Shown here: positions 38,027-49,069 of the stretch, piece after piece
Layout: the number at the start of each line of letters is the position of its first letter
How positions within the stretch are numbered: the first letter of the stretch is position 1
Source of the DNA: Kofleriaceae bacterium
GTDB lineage: Bacteria > Myxococcota_A > Polyangia > Haliangiales > Haliangiaceae
NCBI GenBank assembly: GCA_046597055.1
Contig: JBKJLC010000301.1
Coordinates: 32,001 to 96,000, forward strand
Direction of reading: 5' to 3'
DNA: 64,000 nt
Translations under genes and position numbers: made by a program
Notes under the pieces: model-generated
What the model was told of the DNA's origin: nothing
Databases searched by the model: none
The model's input: only the letters and a program-made list of their open reading frames with translations

Positions 38027-38895
38027 GGGGTCTCCAGAGGGGCGTCCTGGGTCGCGGTCGACACCACCTGGGTGCCGACGCCGTCACGCGTGAAGATCTC
38101 GAGGAGCAGCGCGTGCTCCAGGCGTCCGTCGACGATGTGGATCTTGTGGACCCCGGCGGCGAGCGCGGCCAGCGCGTTCTCGACCTTGGGGATCATGCCG
38201 CCGGTGATCACGCCGGCGGCGATCAGCGCGCGCGCCTCCGTGTCGGTCAGGCTCGGGATCAGGTTCCGATCGCGGTCGAGCACGCCGGCGGTGTCGGTCA
38301 GGAGCACCAGCTTCTCGGCGCCGAGGGCCTGGGCCAGCTTGGCGGCGAACACGTCGGCGTTGACGTTGAGCGCGGTGCCGTCGGGTCCGGTCGCCAGCGG
38401 CGCCACCACCGGGATGAACGCGGGCAGCAGCCGATCGATCACGGTGCGATCGACGCTGACCACCTCGCCGACCAGGCCCAGCTCCGGGCGGGTGATCCGC
38501 GCCCGGGCCAGGCCGCCGTCGCAGCCGGTGATGCCGACCGCGGCGCCGCCAAGGTGGTTGACCAGGCGGACCAGCTCCTGGTTGAGCGAGCCGCCAAGCA
38601 CCATCTCGACCACCTCGAGGGTGGCGGCGTCGGTGACCCGCTGCCCATCGACGAACCGCGCGCTGTGGCCGACCCGGTCGAGCATCTGCGTGATCTGGCG
38701 GCCGCCGCCGTGGACGACGACCAGGTCGAGGCCGACCCAGTCGAGCAGGATCAGGTCCTCGGCGAACCGCCGGCGCAGCTCGGGGTCCTCGAGGGCCGCG
38801 CCGCCGATCTTGACGACGACGGTCTTGCCGCGGAAGGCCGAGATGTACGGGAGCGCCTCGACCAGGACGCGGGCCTTGGCGATCAGCGCTTCCAT
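38023..38895 (-). CDS. argB: Acetylglutamate kinase
   Basis: EALPYI..F.GKTVVVKIGG, VHGGG, GQRVTD, NVNAD, GGMIPK, GVGT. Confidence 0.96.
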
Positions 38896-38908
38896 CGCCC
38901 CGTTCGTA

Positions 38909-40302
38909 TCACAGGACGTAGCGGGCGAGATCTTCGTCGGCCGCCACCGCCGCCAGCCGCTCCTGAACGTAGCTCCGCGTGATCGGGATGGTCTGGGTGC
39001 CGATGTCGGGCGCGTTGTAGAGCAGATCGTCGAGCAGGCGCTCGAGCACCGTGTGCAGGCGGCGGGCGCCGATGTTGACCGTGCGCGCGTTGACGTCGGC
39101 GGCGATCTTGGCGAGCTCGTCGACCGCCTCGGCGGTCCACTCGATCGTCACGCCCTCGGTCTCGAGCATCGCCGCGTACTGGCGGGTCAGCGCGTTCTTC
39201 GGCTCGGTGAGGATGCGGACGAAGTCCTCGGAGGTCAGCGGCTGCAGCTCGACCCGGATCGGGAACCGGCCCTGCAGCTCGGGGATGAGGTCCGACGGCT
39301 TGGCCATGTGGAAGGCGCCGGCCGCGATGAACAGGACGTGGTCGGTGCGCACCGGCCCGTACTTGGTCGTCACCGTCGAGCCCTCGACGATCGGCAGCAG
39401 GTCGCGCTGGACGCCCTGGCGCGACACGTCGGCGCCGGCGCGCTCGTGCGACGACGCGATCTTGTCGATCTCGTCGAGGAAGACGATGCCGTGGTTCTCG
39501 GCGCGGGCGACCGCGTCGCGGGTGACCCGGTCGTGGTCGATCAGCTTGTCGACCTCCTCCTCGGTCAGCGCGTTCCACGCCTCGGGCACCCGCAGGCGCC
39601 GGCGCCGGGTCCGGCGGTTGAGCCCGCCCAGCATGTCCTTGAGGCCGCCCATCATGTCCTCGATGCCGGGCGCGCCGCCGGCGCCGCCCGACAGCATCTG
39701 CATGAACGGCGGCGACTCGTCGTGCAGCTCGACCTCGACCTCACGCTCGTCGAGCCGGCCGTCGCGCAGCATCGTGCGCAGCTTCTCGCGGGTCGCGCTG
39801 TCGCCGGCCAGCGCGGGCGGCTCGCCGGGGCGATCGCCGAATGGACGGCCCCCGCCGCTCGGGCGCGGCAGCAGCAGGTCGAGCACCCGCTCCTCGGCGG
39901 CGTCGCGGGCGCGGGTGCGGACCTTGAGCGCCTCCTCGTCGCGGACCAGCTTGACCGCGACCTCGGCCAGATCGCGCACGATCGAGTCGACGTCGCGGCC
40001 GACGTAGCCAACCTCGGTGAACTTTGAGGCCTCGACCTTGAGGAACGGCGCGCGGGCGAGCTTGGCCAGCCGGCGCGCGATCTCGGTCTTGCCGACGCCG
40101 GTCGGCCCGATGAGGATGATGTTCTTGGGGGCGATCTCGTCCTTGAGCTCGCCCTCGACCCGCTGCCGGCGCCACCGGTTGCGCAGCGCGACCGCGACCG
40201 CGCGCTTGGCTTCGCGCTGGCCGACGATGTAGCGGTCGAGCTCGGTGACGATCTCGGCCGGGGTCAGCATGCCGCCGCCGGGACCGGTGAAGCCGGGCGC
40301 GG

Positions 40303-40306
<4 letters not shown>
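38909..40306 (-). CDS. hslU: ATP-dependent protease ATPase subunit HslU
   Basis: [53 protein letters not shown]. Confidence 0.98.
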
Positions 40307-40854
<548 letters not shown>

Positions 40855-40858
40855 GCGG

Positions 40859-41824
40859 CTAGCTCCCCGAAGGCTTAGCACGCGGGTGCGCCGCGTCGTA
40901 GACGGCCATCAGGTGATCGAGCGAGACCTTGGTATAGATCTGGGTCGACGACAGGCTGGCGTGACCGAGCAGCTCCTGGATGCTGCGCAGATCGACCTGC
41001 TCGTCCAGCAGGTGGGTCGCGAACGAGTGGCGCAGCGTGTGCGGCGTCGCGTGGGCGGCGACCCCCGACGCGATGCTCCAGCGCCGGGTCAGCCGCTGCA
41101 CCGAGCGGGTCGTGAGCCGCTCGCCGTCGGCGTTGACGAACACCGCCGCGCCGCCGCCGCGGCCGAGCCCGGCCCGTGCCTCCTGCCACACGGCGAGCGC
41201 GCGCGCCGCGGTGTCGTGCAGCGGCACGATGCGGGTCTTGCCGCCCTTGCCGCGCCGGACCGTGACGGTCCAGCTGCGGTAGCGATCGTGATCGAGGTCG
41301 CCGAGATCGAGCGCGCACGCCTCCGAGACGCGCAGCCCGGCGCCGTAGAGCACCTCGAACAGCGCCTGATCGCGCAGGCGCAGCACCACCGCGCGCGCGG
41401 CCTCGCCCGGCGACAGCCGGCGCATCGTCGGGATCTTGATCCGGTGCGGCGCCTCGACCAGCGAGGTGACCTCGTCGGCGTCGAGCGCGCGGGGCAGCCC
41501 GCGCTTCTTCTTGGGACCGCGCAGCGCGGCGGCCGGGTTGCCGGCGATGACGCCCTTGCGGTGCAGCCAGCGGAAGAACGCCCGCAGCGCCGACAGCTTG
41601 CGCGCGATGGTCGCCGCGTCGTTGACGTCGAACAGGGTCGCGAGGTGGCGGCGGACCTCGATGCTGTCGACCCGCGCCAGCGCCAGCGGCTTGCCCCGGC
41701 GCGCCTCGAGCCCGCTCTGGAAGGCGGCCAGCTCGCGCAGGTAGCTCTCGACCGTCTTCGGCGAGTAGGCGCGCTCGACCGCGAGGTAAGCGCGGAACCC
41801 GTCGGTGGCCGCGGCCCAGTCCAT
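40859..41824 (-). CDS. xerC: Tyrosine recombinase XerC
   Basis: [53 protein letters not shown]...TQIY. Upstream of hslV. Confidence 0.92.
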   Translation of the reverse strand: MDWAAATDGFRAYLAVERAYSPKTVESYLRELAAFQSGLEARRGKPLALARVDSIEVRRHLATLFDVNDAATIARKLSALRAFFRWLHRKGVIAGNPAAALRGPKKKRGLPRALDADEVTSLVEAPHRIKIPTMRRLSPGEAARAVVLRLRDQALFEVLYGAGLRVSEACALDLGDLDHDRYRSWTVTVRRGKGGKTRIVPLHDTAARALAVWQEARAGLGRGGGAAVFVNADGERLTTRSVQRLTRRWSIASGVAAHATPHTLRHSFATHLLDEQVDLRSIQELLGHASLSSTQIYTKVSLDHLMAVYDAAHPRAKPSGS

Positions 41825-42065
41825 GGGGGCACGGTATCGCGAGGGCCAGGCCCGGGCGAGTTTCGGCCCCACCCGGCGCGGACCGTGCCCGGGTCGGGCC
41901 GGCGCGACCGCGGGGTCCGGGCGAGCTAGGCTCACGGCATGCGGACGTACCTGGTGGCGGCGCTGTCGGTGGTGCCGTCGATCGACACCCGGGTCTGCGA
42001 GGCGCAGACCCACGGGTGGGCGTCCTCGGGTCGACACGTGCTTGCCGGGTGCCACCGCCCATCGA

Positions 42066-42327
42066 CCGCTCGTCCTGAGCCCGAGCGAGCGCACGCAAGC
42101 TCGGTGTCGAAGGGCGCCCGGCGCCCCTCGGGATTGATCACAAGTCTTCATGTGATCGGAAGCGCTCACCCTTTCCCGGTGCCCTGAGCCGGCGCCGCAG
42201 GCGCCGTGTCGAAGGGCAGAGTGCCCAGGTGCCGCACGTGATCTTCGACGGGCTGCCCTTCGACGGCGGGCTCGCTTGCGCTCGCCCTGGCTCAGGGACA
42301 CCGGGGAAAGATGTGCGGGATCCTGAG
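42066..42327. repeat. Second copy of the REP/BIME-like mosaic (3 modules)
   Basis: 42126-42327 closely matches 28079-28278. 42066-42114 is a variant reverse complement of 28437-28485. Confidence 0.88.
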
Positions 42328-42335
42328 AGCCGCTG

Positions 42336-43838
42336 CTAGCGGCGGAGGAGGAGGCCGGCGCCCAGGAACCCCAGCGCCAGCAACGCGCCGGCGAGCGCGG
42401 TGTAGAGCAGCCACGGGTGGCTGCCCGGCGCCACGTCGCGCGCGGCCGCCGCCCGCGCCGGCGCGTAATCGGGCTTGAGCGCGACCGCGCGGCGGAAGCT
42501 GGCGCTGCCATCCTTGCCAGCCGCCTCGAGCGACTTGCCGAGCGCGTACTCGCGGCCGGCCTGCGCATCGATCGCGGTGGCCGCCTCGGGCGCGACGCCG
42601 TGGGCCTTGCCGTACGCGGCGGCGGCCAGGTCCCACGCCCCGGCCTGCTCGTGCTGCTTGGCGAGCGCCAGGTAGACCGGCGCGGTCTCGGCGCGCTGGG
42701 GCAGGGCCGGGTTCTCGGCGAGCAGGCGATCGAACGCGACCGCGGCGGCCGCGAGGTCGCCGGCGTCGGCCTTGGCCCGCGCCTCGGCGAACGTGGCCTG
42801 GTCGCGCTTGCTGCGCACGTCGTCGTAGTACGCGAACAGCTCGCGCGACAGCGCGCCGAGGTCGACCGACTCTCCCTCGGTGAACACGCTGCCGAGCTGC
42901 TCCTCGGCGGTGCGCTGCAGCTCGATCTGGGCGAGCTCGCGGTAGGTGAGCCACAGCGGCGTCTCCTTCTCGGCCAGCTTGCCGCCGGGCAGCTGGAGCT
43001 TCTTCTTGGGCGCCGGCCGCGGGCGCGGCCCGGTGACGTAGTCGAGCCAGGCGTCGCGGGCCGCAGCCCGGACCCGCCAGGCATCGGCGTTGGTGTAGCG
43101 CAGCACGGTCCCGACCGCCTCGCGGTGGTGCGACTCGCCGAACGCGCGCAAGAGCGTGATCCGCAGATCCTCGTCGGACGCGGTCGCGGCCACCGCCTTG
43201 CCAGGCTCCTGCCGGTCGAGCCGCTCGAGCTGGTAGGTCGCGTAGCGCGACGTCACCTTCTGCGCGGCCTGCGACGCCTTGGTCAGCGCCGGCAGCGAGT
43301 AGGGCGCCATCTGACGCAGGCGGCGGCCGCACTCGTCGCGGTAGATCATGGTCGCCTCGACGAAGCCGACGTCGAGGATGATCTGGGCGGCCTCGACCCG
43401 GCGGGTCGCCGCCAGCGCGCGCAGCGCGGCCACGTCGGCGACCAGCTCGGCCACGCCCGGGGTCGCCGGATCGAGCTTGCCGAGCGCCGCGAGCCAGTCG
43501 AAGTCGTCGTCGGCCGTGACCTCGCCGGCCTTCTGGCGGGCCGGGGTCTCGAACTTCCCGTTCTCGTCGGGCACCGACGCCTTGATCAACCGGAGCACGG
43601 TGCGACGGTCCTCGACCGTGCTGGTGCGGGCCCGGGCCAGGAAGGCGCCGATCGCCTCGAGCGCGCGCGGCGCGATCGCGGCCAGCTCCTGGGTCTGCGC
43701 AGCCCGGTCACCCGAGCCGGCCTGGATCGCGGTCAGCAGCGCGTGGGCCCGACCGGCATCATCGGCGTCGTCGGCGGACGCGGGGCCCACGAGCGTGAGG
43801 CACAGCAGGACGACGAGGCCCGCGAGGGAGCGGAACAT
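42336..43838 (-). CDS. Exported HEAT/TPR helical-repeat protein with C-terminal TM anchor
   Basis: Signal peptide (PASA-D), HEAT-like WRVRAAARDAW, TPRs, terminal WLLYTALAGALLALGFLGAGLLLRR. Confidence 0.8.
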   Translation of the reverse strand: MFRSLAGLVVLLCLTLVGPASADDADDAGRAHALLTAIQAGSGDRAAQTQELAAIAPRALEAIGAFLARARTSTVEDRRTVLRLIKASVPDENGKFETPARQKAGEVTADDDFDWLAALGKLDPATPGVAELVADVAALRALAATRRVEAAQIILDVGFVEATMIYRDECGRRLRQMAPYSLPALTKASQAAQKVTSRYATYQLERLDRQEPGKAVAATASDEDLRITLLRAFGESHHREAVGTVLRYTNADAWRVRAAARDAWLDYVTGPRPRPAPKKKLQLPGGKLAEKETPLWLTYRELAQIELQRTAEEQLGSVFTEGESVDLGALSRELFAYYDDVRSKRDQATFAEARAKADAGDLAAAAVAFDRLLAENPALPQRAETAPVYLALAKQHEQAGAWDLAAAAYGKAHGVAPEAATAIDAQAGREYALGKSLEAAGKDGSASFRRAVALKPDYAPARAAAARDVAPGSHPWLLYTALAGALLALGFLGAGLLLRR

Positions 43839-43889
43839 GGTGGCGTTCCTAACACGCGCGGATGACGGCACCTATTCCGGGCGTCAGCG

Positions 43890-44306
43890 TCAGTGCAGGA
43901 CGCGCGTGGCCGGCAAGCTGAGCGGCAGCTGATCGTCGAAGTCGATGAAGCGCAGGCCCATGCCGCGCGCGCTGCGCGGCTCGGTGCCGTGGGTCGCGTA
44001 GTTGAGGCAGAGGTGGTGCTTCACCTCGGCGCGCGCGACGATCTCGTCGTCGCAGTCGGCCATCTGGAAGTGGACCGACACCACGCTGCCGAGTGGCAGC
44101 ACCTCCCCGGCCTGCACCAGCATGCCGCCGCCCGAGATGTTGCGCGCGACCGCGACGCTCTCGCCGTACAGCTCGCTCCCGACCGTGACGAAGAAGATCT
44201 TATCGAAGCGAATATGGATGCGCTTCTCGGCCGCGGTCGCGAGGGTCCCGTCGACACGGCTCAGGGCAGGCTTCATGGGGAGAAATGGTCGCATTGTTTC
44301 CCACAT
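43890..44306 (-). CDS. Stand-alone PilZ domain protein
   Basis: EKRIHIR (RxxxR), NISGGG, GMGLRF. Exact start among several Met codons is uncertain. Confidence 0.85.
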   Translation of the reverse strand: MWETMRPFLPMKPALSRVDGTLATAAEKRIHIRFDKIFFVTVGSELYGESVAVARNISGGGMLVQAGEVLPLGSVVSVHFQMADCDDEIVARAEVKHHLCLNYATHGTEPRSARGMGLRFIDFDDQLPLSLPATRVLH

Positions 44307-44397
44307 GGAGTCAAAAATCCTACATGTAGGACACCGCCGTGGGAGTCCAGCGCACCGGTGCGCACTCCAGGCGCGCCACCGGCGCTACAACCGCCGG

Positions 44398-45381
44398 ATG
44401 AAGACCCTGGTCACCGGCGCGGGCGGGTTCATCGGCTCGGCGGTCGTGCGGCAACTCCTGGCCCGGGGCCGCGCGGTGCGCGCCATGCTGGCGCCGCGCG
44501 AGCCCGACGACAACGTCGCCGGGCTCGACGTCGAGATCGTGCGCGCCGACCTGCTCGATCGCGCCGCGGTCACCGCCGCGATCGCCGGCTGCGACGTCGT
44601 CTATCACCTGGCCGCGATCTACAGCCTGTGGCTGCCCGACGAGTCGCTGATGTACCAGGTCAACGTCGAGGGCACGAAGAACGTCCTGTTCGCCGCGCTG
44701 CGCGCCGGCGTCCGCAAGGTCGTCCACACCAGCTCGATCGCCGCGATCGGCGTGCCCGCGGCCGGTCAGCTCGCGGACGAGACCTTCGCGTTCAATCACT
44801 GGCAGGGCGGCAACGGGTACATCCGCTCGAAGTACCTGTCGGACCTGGATGCGCGCCGCTTCGCCACCGAGGGCCTGCCGGTCGTGATCGTGTGCCCGGC
44901 GTTCCCGTTCGGCGAGCGCGATCGCGGCCCGACTCCGACCGGGCGCTTCATCGTCGAGGCGCTGCACCGCCGGGTCCCCGGCTACACCGACGGTGGCTTC
45001 TGCGCGGTCGACGTCGACGACGTGGCCGCGTGTCACGTCCTCGCCGAGGAGCGCGGCGTGGTCGGCGAGCGTTACCTCGCCGGCGGCCACAATCTCACGT
45101 ACCGCGAGTTCTACGCGGCGGTGACCCGCATCGCCGGGCTGCCGCCGATCCGGCGGCGCCTGCCGACCTCGGCGGTGCTCGCGATGGCCTGGCTCATGGA
45201 GCAGCGGGCGCGCCGCGGTGGACCGCCGCCGCGGATCACGGTGAAGGCCGCGCGCTACGCGATGTCGACCGCCTGGTACGACGCGTCGAAGGCGCGCCGC
45301 GAGCTGGGCATGCCGTCGACCCCGCTCGAGCAGACCATCGAGAAGGCGGTCCGCTGGTTCCGCGATCACGGCACGCGCTGA
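44398..45381 (+). CDS. NAD-dependent epimerase/dehydratase (HpnA/dihydroflavonol-reductase-like)
   Basis: LVTGAGGFIGS, YHLAAIYSLW, NVEGT, HTSS, YIRSK, D.GPTPTG, VDVDDVA, GERY. Confidence 0.9.
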   Translation: MKTLVTGAGGFIGSAVVRQLLARGRAVRAMLAPREPDDNVAGLDVEIVRADLLDRAAVTAAIAGCDVVYHLAAIYSLWLPDESLMYQVNVEGTKNVLFAALRAGVRKVVHTSSIAAIGVPAAGQLADETFAFNHWQGGNGYIRSKYLSDLDARRFATEGLPVVIVCPAFPFGERDRGPTPTGRFIVEALHRRVPGYTDGGFCAVDVDDVAACHVLAEERGVVGERYLAGGHNLTYREFYAAVTRIAGLPPIRRRLPTSAVLAMAWLMEQRARRGGPPPRITVKAARYAMSTAWYDASKARRELGMPSTPLEQTIEKAVRWFRDHGTR

Positions 45382-45533
45382 GCGCGAGGCTGGGAAGCGA
45401 ACGCTGCACGGCCGCCGGGCGTTGCCCAGGCGCTCGACTGCCAGGGTCGCGCGGCGTCAGCACCAGCCCGGTGGGCGGCTCGCCCACACACGTCGAGCTG
45501 GCTCCAGCCCCGAGGCTGCGTTACCTTCCGCCC

Positions 45534-46400
45534 GTGCTCCGGGGTCTCACTGCCGTCGTGGTCCGCGCGCTGATCCTGGCAGCCACCGCGATCGCCGTGC
45601 CCACCGCGGCCCGCGCCGAGGCCGCGATGCCGTGGCTCGGCATCACCTTCGACGCCGGCTCGCCCTACGGGGCGCGGGTGATCGAGGTCCACCCCGGCAC
45701 CGCCGCCGCGGCCGGCGGGCTCCAGCCCGGCGACGAGATCACCGCGGTCGGCAACGACCTCATTTACCCGACCACCGAGCTGTGGCCGCTGGTCTCCCGG
45801 TACAAGATCGGCGCGCGCCTGCCGATCACGTTCCTGCGCGATGGCCGGCGCTTCCGGGTCGCGCCGCGGCTGACCCCGCGGCCGAGCACCGACGAGATCG
45901 TGTACCAGCGCCTGATCGATCAAGCGCTGCCGCCGCTCGAGCTGGTCGATCGCCAGGGCAGTCGGATCACCGCCGCCGAGCGCCGGCGACCGCTGGTGTG
46001 GATGATCTTCGACGTGCACTGCGACCGCTGCGCGAGCGCGGCCGCGGCCCTGTCCCAGCGGCTCGACGACGGCCCCGGCGCCGAGGCCGGGGCCGGCCCG
46101 CTCCTCCGCACCGTCCTGGTCGGCGCCCGCGAGGAGGTCGACGCCTATCTCACGCGGGTGCCCGTGGTCGGCACGGTCTGGCGCATCGACCGGGTCGATC
46201 CCAGCGCGCTCGCGCGGGCCGGGGAGGGCGGCCGTCGCCTCCTGGCCGGGCTCGATCCCCGGGTCGACGGCACCGTGCTCGTCGTCGATCACACGGGCGA
46301 GGTCACGTTCGCGACCTCGGTGTCGGCCGGGGACGCGGTCCACGACGGCGCCTGCGCCGCGGTCTCGCGCGCGGTGGTCGACTGGCGCCGCGCGCGGTGA
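45534..46400 (+). CDS. Exported PDZ + thioredoxin-like (CxxC) protein
   Basis: PWLGI...VIEVHPGTAAAAGGLQPGDEITAVG (PDZ), then LPPLELVDRQG...FDVHCDRC...VLVVDHTGEV (redoxin fold). Confidence 0.72.
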   Translation: MLRGLTAVVVRALILAATAIAVPTAARAEAAMPWLGITFDAGSPYGARVIEVHPGTAAAAGGLQPGDEITAVGNDLIYPTTELWPLVSRYKIGARLPITFLRDGRRFRVAPRLTPRPSTDEIVYQRLIDQALPPLELVDRQGSRITAAERRRPLVWMIFDVHCDRCASAAAALSQRLDDGPGAEAGAGPLLRTVLVGAREEVDAYLTRVPVVGTVWRIDRVDPSALARAGEGGRRLLAGLDPRVDGTVLVVDHTGEVTFATSVSAGDAVHDGACAAVSRAVVDWRRAR

Positions 46401-46774
46401 CCCGGCCCCGGATCGCCGCCACGCTGGCGGTGGCGCTCATGATCGCGCAGTCCATCGCGTCGTCGTTCGGGACGCTGCCGGTCTCGCCAGGGCCGTGGTT
46501 CGGCGCCGACAAGGTCGTGCACGCCGGCGCCTGGGCGGTGCTCGGCGCGTGTCTGGCGCTCGCGACCGCGCGGCCGCGGTGGACGTTCGCGCTGATCGCC
46601 GTCGCGATCGCCGTCGGCTTCGGCATCGTCGACGAGATCCATCAGGCGTACGTGCCGGGCCGTGATGCGTCCGGGCTCGACGTGCTGGCCGACCTCGGCG
46701 GCGCCTGCGCCGGAGCCGCGGTGGCCACGTGGTATGGTCGACGACGATGGCGGTCCGCAGCTTCCGCGGGGTGA
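46397..46774 (+). CDS. VanZ-family membrane protein
   Basis: DKVVH...DEIHQAYVPGRDAS.LDVLAD. GTGA overlap. Confidence 0.88.
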   Translation: MTRPRIAATLAVALMIAQSIASSFGTLPVSPGPWFGADKVVHAGAWAVLGACLALATARPRWTFALIAVAIAVGFGIVDEIHQAYVPGRDASGLDVLADLGGACAGAAVATWYGRRRWRSAASAG

Positions 46775-47286
46775 CCCCGCGCCTGGGTGAGGGCGTGTTC
46801 GTCGCCGACCACACCTCGGTGATCGGGGATGTCGAGATCGGCCGCGACTCTTCGATCTGGTACGGCACCGTCGTGCGCGGCGATGTCATGCCGATCCGCA
46901 TCGGCGCCGGCACGTCGATCCAGGACAACTCGGTGATCCATGTGACCAGCGGCGTTGCCGGCACCACCGTCGGTGATCGGGTCACCGTGGGCCATCGGGT
47001 CATCCTCCACGCGTGCGTCGTCGAGGATGACTGCCTGATCGGCATGGGCTCGATCATCCTCGATCGGGTCCGGATCGGCCGCGGCAGCTTTGTGGGTGCC
47101 GGTGCGCTCGTCACTCCCGGGACCGACATCCCACCCGGGAGCTTCGTTCTCGGCAGCCCGGCGAAGGTGAAGCGCCCGACCACCGACGCCGAGCGAGCGG
47201 GCATCCTCGCCAGCGCGGCGCACTACGTCGAGTTGACCCGCAGCTACCTCGCCGATGCCTTGAATGTTGACCCCGACGTCCGATAG
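46747..47286 (+). CDS. Gamma-class carbonic anhydrase family protein (YrdA-like)
   Basis: VIGDVEIG..SSIWY..VVRGD, IQDNSVIH, VTVGH.VILHAC, LIGMGS, GSPAK. Confidence 0.93.
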   Translation: MAVRSFRGVTPRLGEGVFVADHTSVIGDVEIGRDSSIWYGTVVRGDVMPIRIGAGTSIQDNSVIHVTSGVAGTTVGDRVTVGHRVILHACVVEDDCLIGMGSIILDRVRIGRGSFVGAGALVTPGTDIPPGSFVLGSPAKVKRPTTDAERAGILASAAHYVELTRSYLADALNVDPDVR

Positions 47287-47381
47287 CGTGGCTTCACGTG
47301 ATCGGGACTGAACACGAGGCGCGGGGGCGGCCGGTAATCAGGTCGAATGGGCGAGGTCGATCCCTCGTCAGACGGCACATC

Positions 47382-48233
47382 GTGCATCACCGGCTCCTCG
47401 TGCTGTTCGCGTTCTGTGCGCTGGTGTGCGGCATGGCGACCGCGCGCGCCGACAACGTCGACGCGCTGATCCGCGATCTCAAGACCGGCTCCGATTACAA
47501 GATCCGCCTGTCGGCGGCGCTGTCGCTCGCGAAGCTCGGTGACAAGCGCGCGATCGCCGGGTTCGTGGTCGCGCTGTCCGACACCGACAAGACGGTGCGC
47601 GGCGCGGCGGCGGTCGGCCTCGGCAAGCTGGTCGACGCCAGCACGCCCAAGGGCCAGCGCGCGCAGGTCGTGAAGGCGCTCGACGCGCTGATCGGGCGCG
47701 AGACGAGCGACTCGGTGAAGAAGCAGGCCGAGAAGTCGGCGCAGATCATCCGCGCGCTCGACGGCGGCGGCGGCGGCGCGCTGACCGGCGCCGTGTTCGT
47801 CGACGTCGGACCCATGTCGGCCAAGGCCGAACCCGCGGCCAAGCTGAGGGCCCTGATGAAGAAGACGATCGAGAAGGAGTTCGGCGCCAAGGCGCAGGGG
47901 GTCATGATGATTGCGTGGCCGGGTGGTAAGTCCCCGTCGCGCAAGGACCTCGATGCCAAGAAAGTCGGCGGTTACCACGTCGACGGCACCCTCACGGAGG
48001 TCACCGTGAAAGAAAAGGGATCGTCGGCGACGGTGTCTTGTAAAGTCAGCATGTTGATCGCGACCTTCCCGGAGAAGAGCGTGTTTGGCTTCCTCAATGG
48101 CGGTGCCAGCGTGACCGCGTCGAGCGACCCGAGCGACATCGAGCTCGCCAAGGAAGACTGCCTGAGCGCGGTCGTCTCCGACCTCGTCGCGAAGAAGATC
48201 ATCCCGACCATCAAGATCAAGGCCGGCCTATGA
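47382..48233 (+). CDS. Exported HEAT-repeat protein with C-terminal alpha/beta domain
   Basis: Signal peptide (ATARA-D), YKIRLSAALSLAK, VRGAAAVGLG. Its stop overlaps the next gene (ATGA). Confidence 0.8.
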   Translation: MHHRLLVLFAFCALVCGMATARADNVDALIRDLKTGSDYKIRLSAALSLAKLGDKRAIAGFVVALSDTDKTVRGAAAVGLGKLVDASTPKGQRAQVVKALDALIGRETSDSVKKQAEKSAQIIRALDGGGGGALTGAVFVDVGPMSAKAEPAAKLRALMKKTIEKEFGAKAQGVMMIAWPGGKSPSRKDLDAKKVGGYHVDGTLTEVTVKEKGSSATVSCKVSMLIATFPEKSVFGFLNGGASVTASSDPSDIELAKEDCLSAVVSDLVAKKIIPTIKIKAGL

Positions 48234-49069
48234 CCCAGCAGCGCGCCTACAAGCGGAGCTGGCGGAACCTGCTCATCAACAAGCGGTACCAGCTCCGGTT
48301 CACGCTGTTCATGGCCGGGCTGGCCGCGGTGCTGATGACGGCGCTCGGCTGGTGGGTGGTCCGGGTCGCCGACGAGGCGACCACGGTGGCCAAGAGCCGG
48401 ACTCGCGGCACCGTGTGCCCACCGACGCCCGACCAGGCGGCGGCAGCGGCAGCCCCGACCACACCGGTCAAGGTCGACGTCGGCGAGCTCAAGATCGGGG
48501 GCGCCGGGCCGCCCCAGGAGCCGCGCCGCTCGGTGGATCTCGACGAGAGCTCGATGACCCTGACCGAGGAGGCCGCCCCGCCCCCGGTCCCGACCGCGCC
48601 CGCGTTCTCGGCGGTCGATCGCGAGCGGATGATCCGCGCGCACGATGCGTGCGAGCTCGGCATCACCCGCCGGGTCGCCGACATCGAGGGCCACCGCCGG
48701 ATGATCGTGATCGTCATGGTGGTGTCGGGCGTGCTGCTCACGCTCGGCCTCGCCGTGTTCGGCATCAAGATGACGCACAAGGTCGCCGGGCCGCTGCACA
48801 AGGTGACGCTGTACCTCGCCAAGCTGCGCGATGGCCGTTACGACAAGGTCTACGATCTGCGCAAGGGCGACCAGCTGGTCGAGTTCTACGAGCACTTCAA
48901 GCATGCCCACGCCGGCGTGATCGCGATGGAGCGTGCCGACATCGAGCGGATCAAGGCCGCGCTCGACGCCGCGGTGGCGGACGGCGTCGTGGAGCGATCG
49001 GCCGATGCGCGGGCGGCGACCGAAGCGCTGCGCGCGGTGCTCGCGCGCAAGGAGGCCTCCTTTGTCTGA
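48230..49069 (+). CDS. Two-TM membrane protein with HAMP-like domain and no output domain
   Basis: LLINKRYQLRFT-TM1...TM2-MTHKVAGPL...LRKGDQL.EFY. Confidence 0.8.
   Translation: MTQQRAYKRSWRNLLINKRYQLRFTLFMAGLAAVLMTALGWWVVRVADEATTVAKSRTRGTVCPPTPDQAAAAAAPTTPVKVDVGELKIGGAGPPQEPRRSVDLDESSMTLTEEAAPPPVPTAPAFSAVDRERMIRAHDACELGITRRVADIEGHRRMIVIVMVVSGVLLTLGLAVFGIKMTHKVAGPLHKVTLYLAKLRDGRYDKVYDLRKGDQLVEFYEHFKHAHAGVIAMERADIERIKAALDAAVADGVVERSADARAATEALRAVLARKEASFV

Noticed and set aside
40859..41824. Tyrosine recombinase as a prophage or island integrase
   Set aside because: It sits in the conserved xerC-hslV-hslU-argB context with no att site, tRNA or phage genes. The 741-aa ORF-track version is an upstream over-extension.
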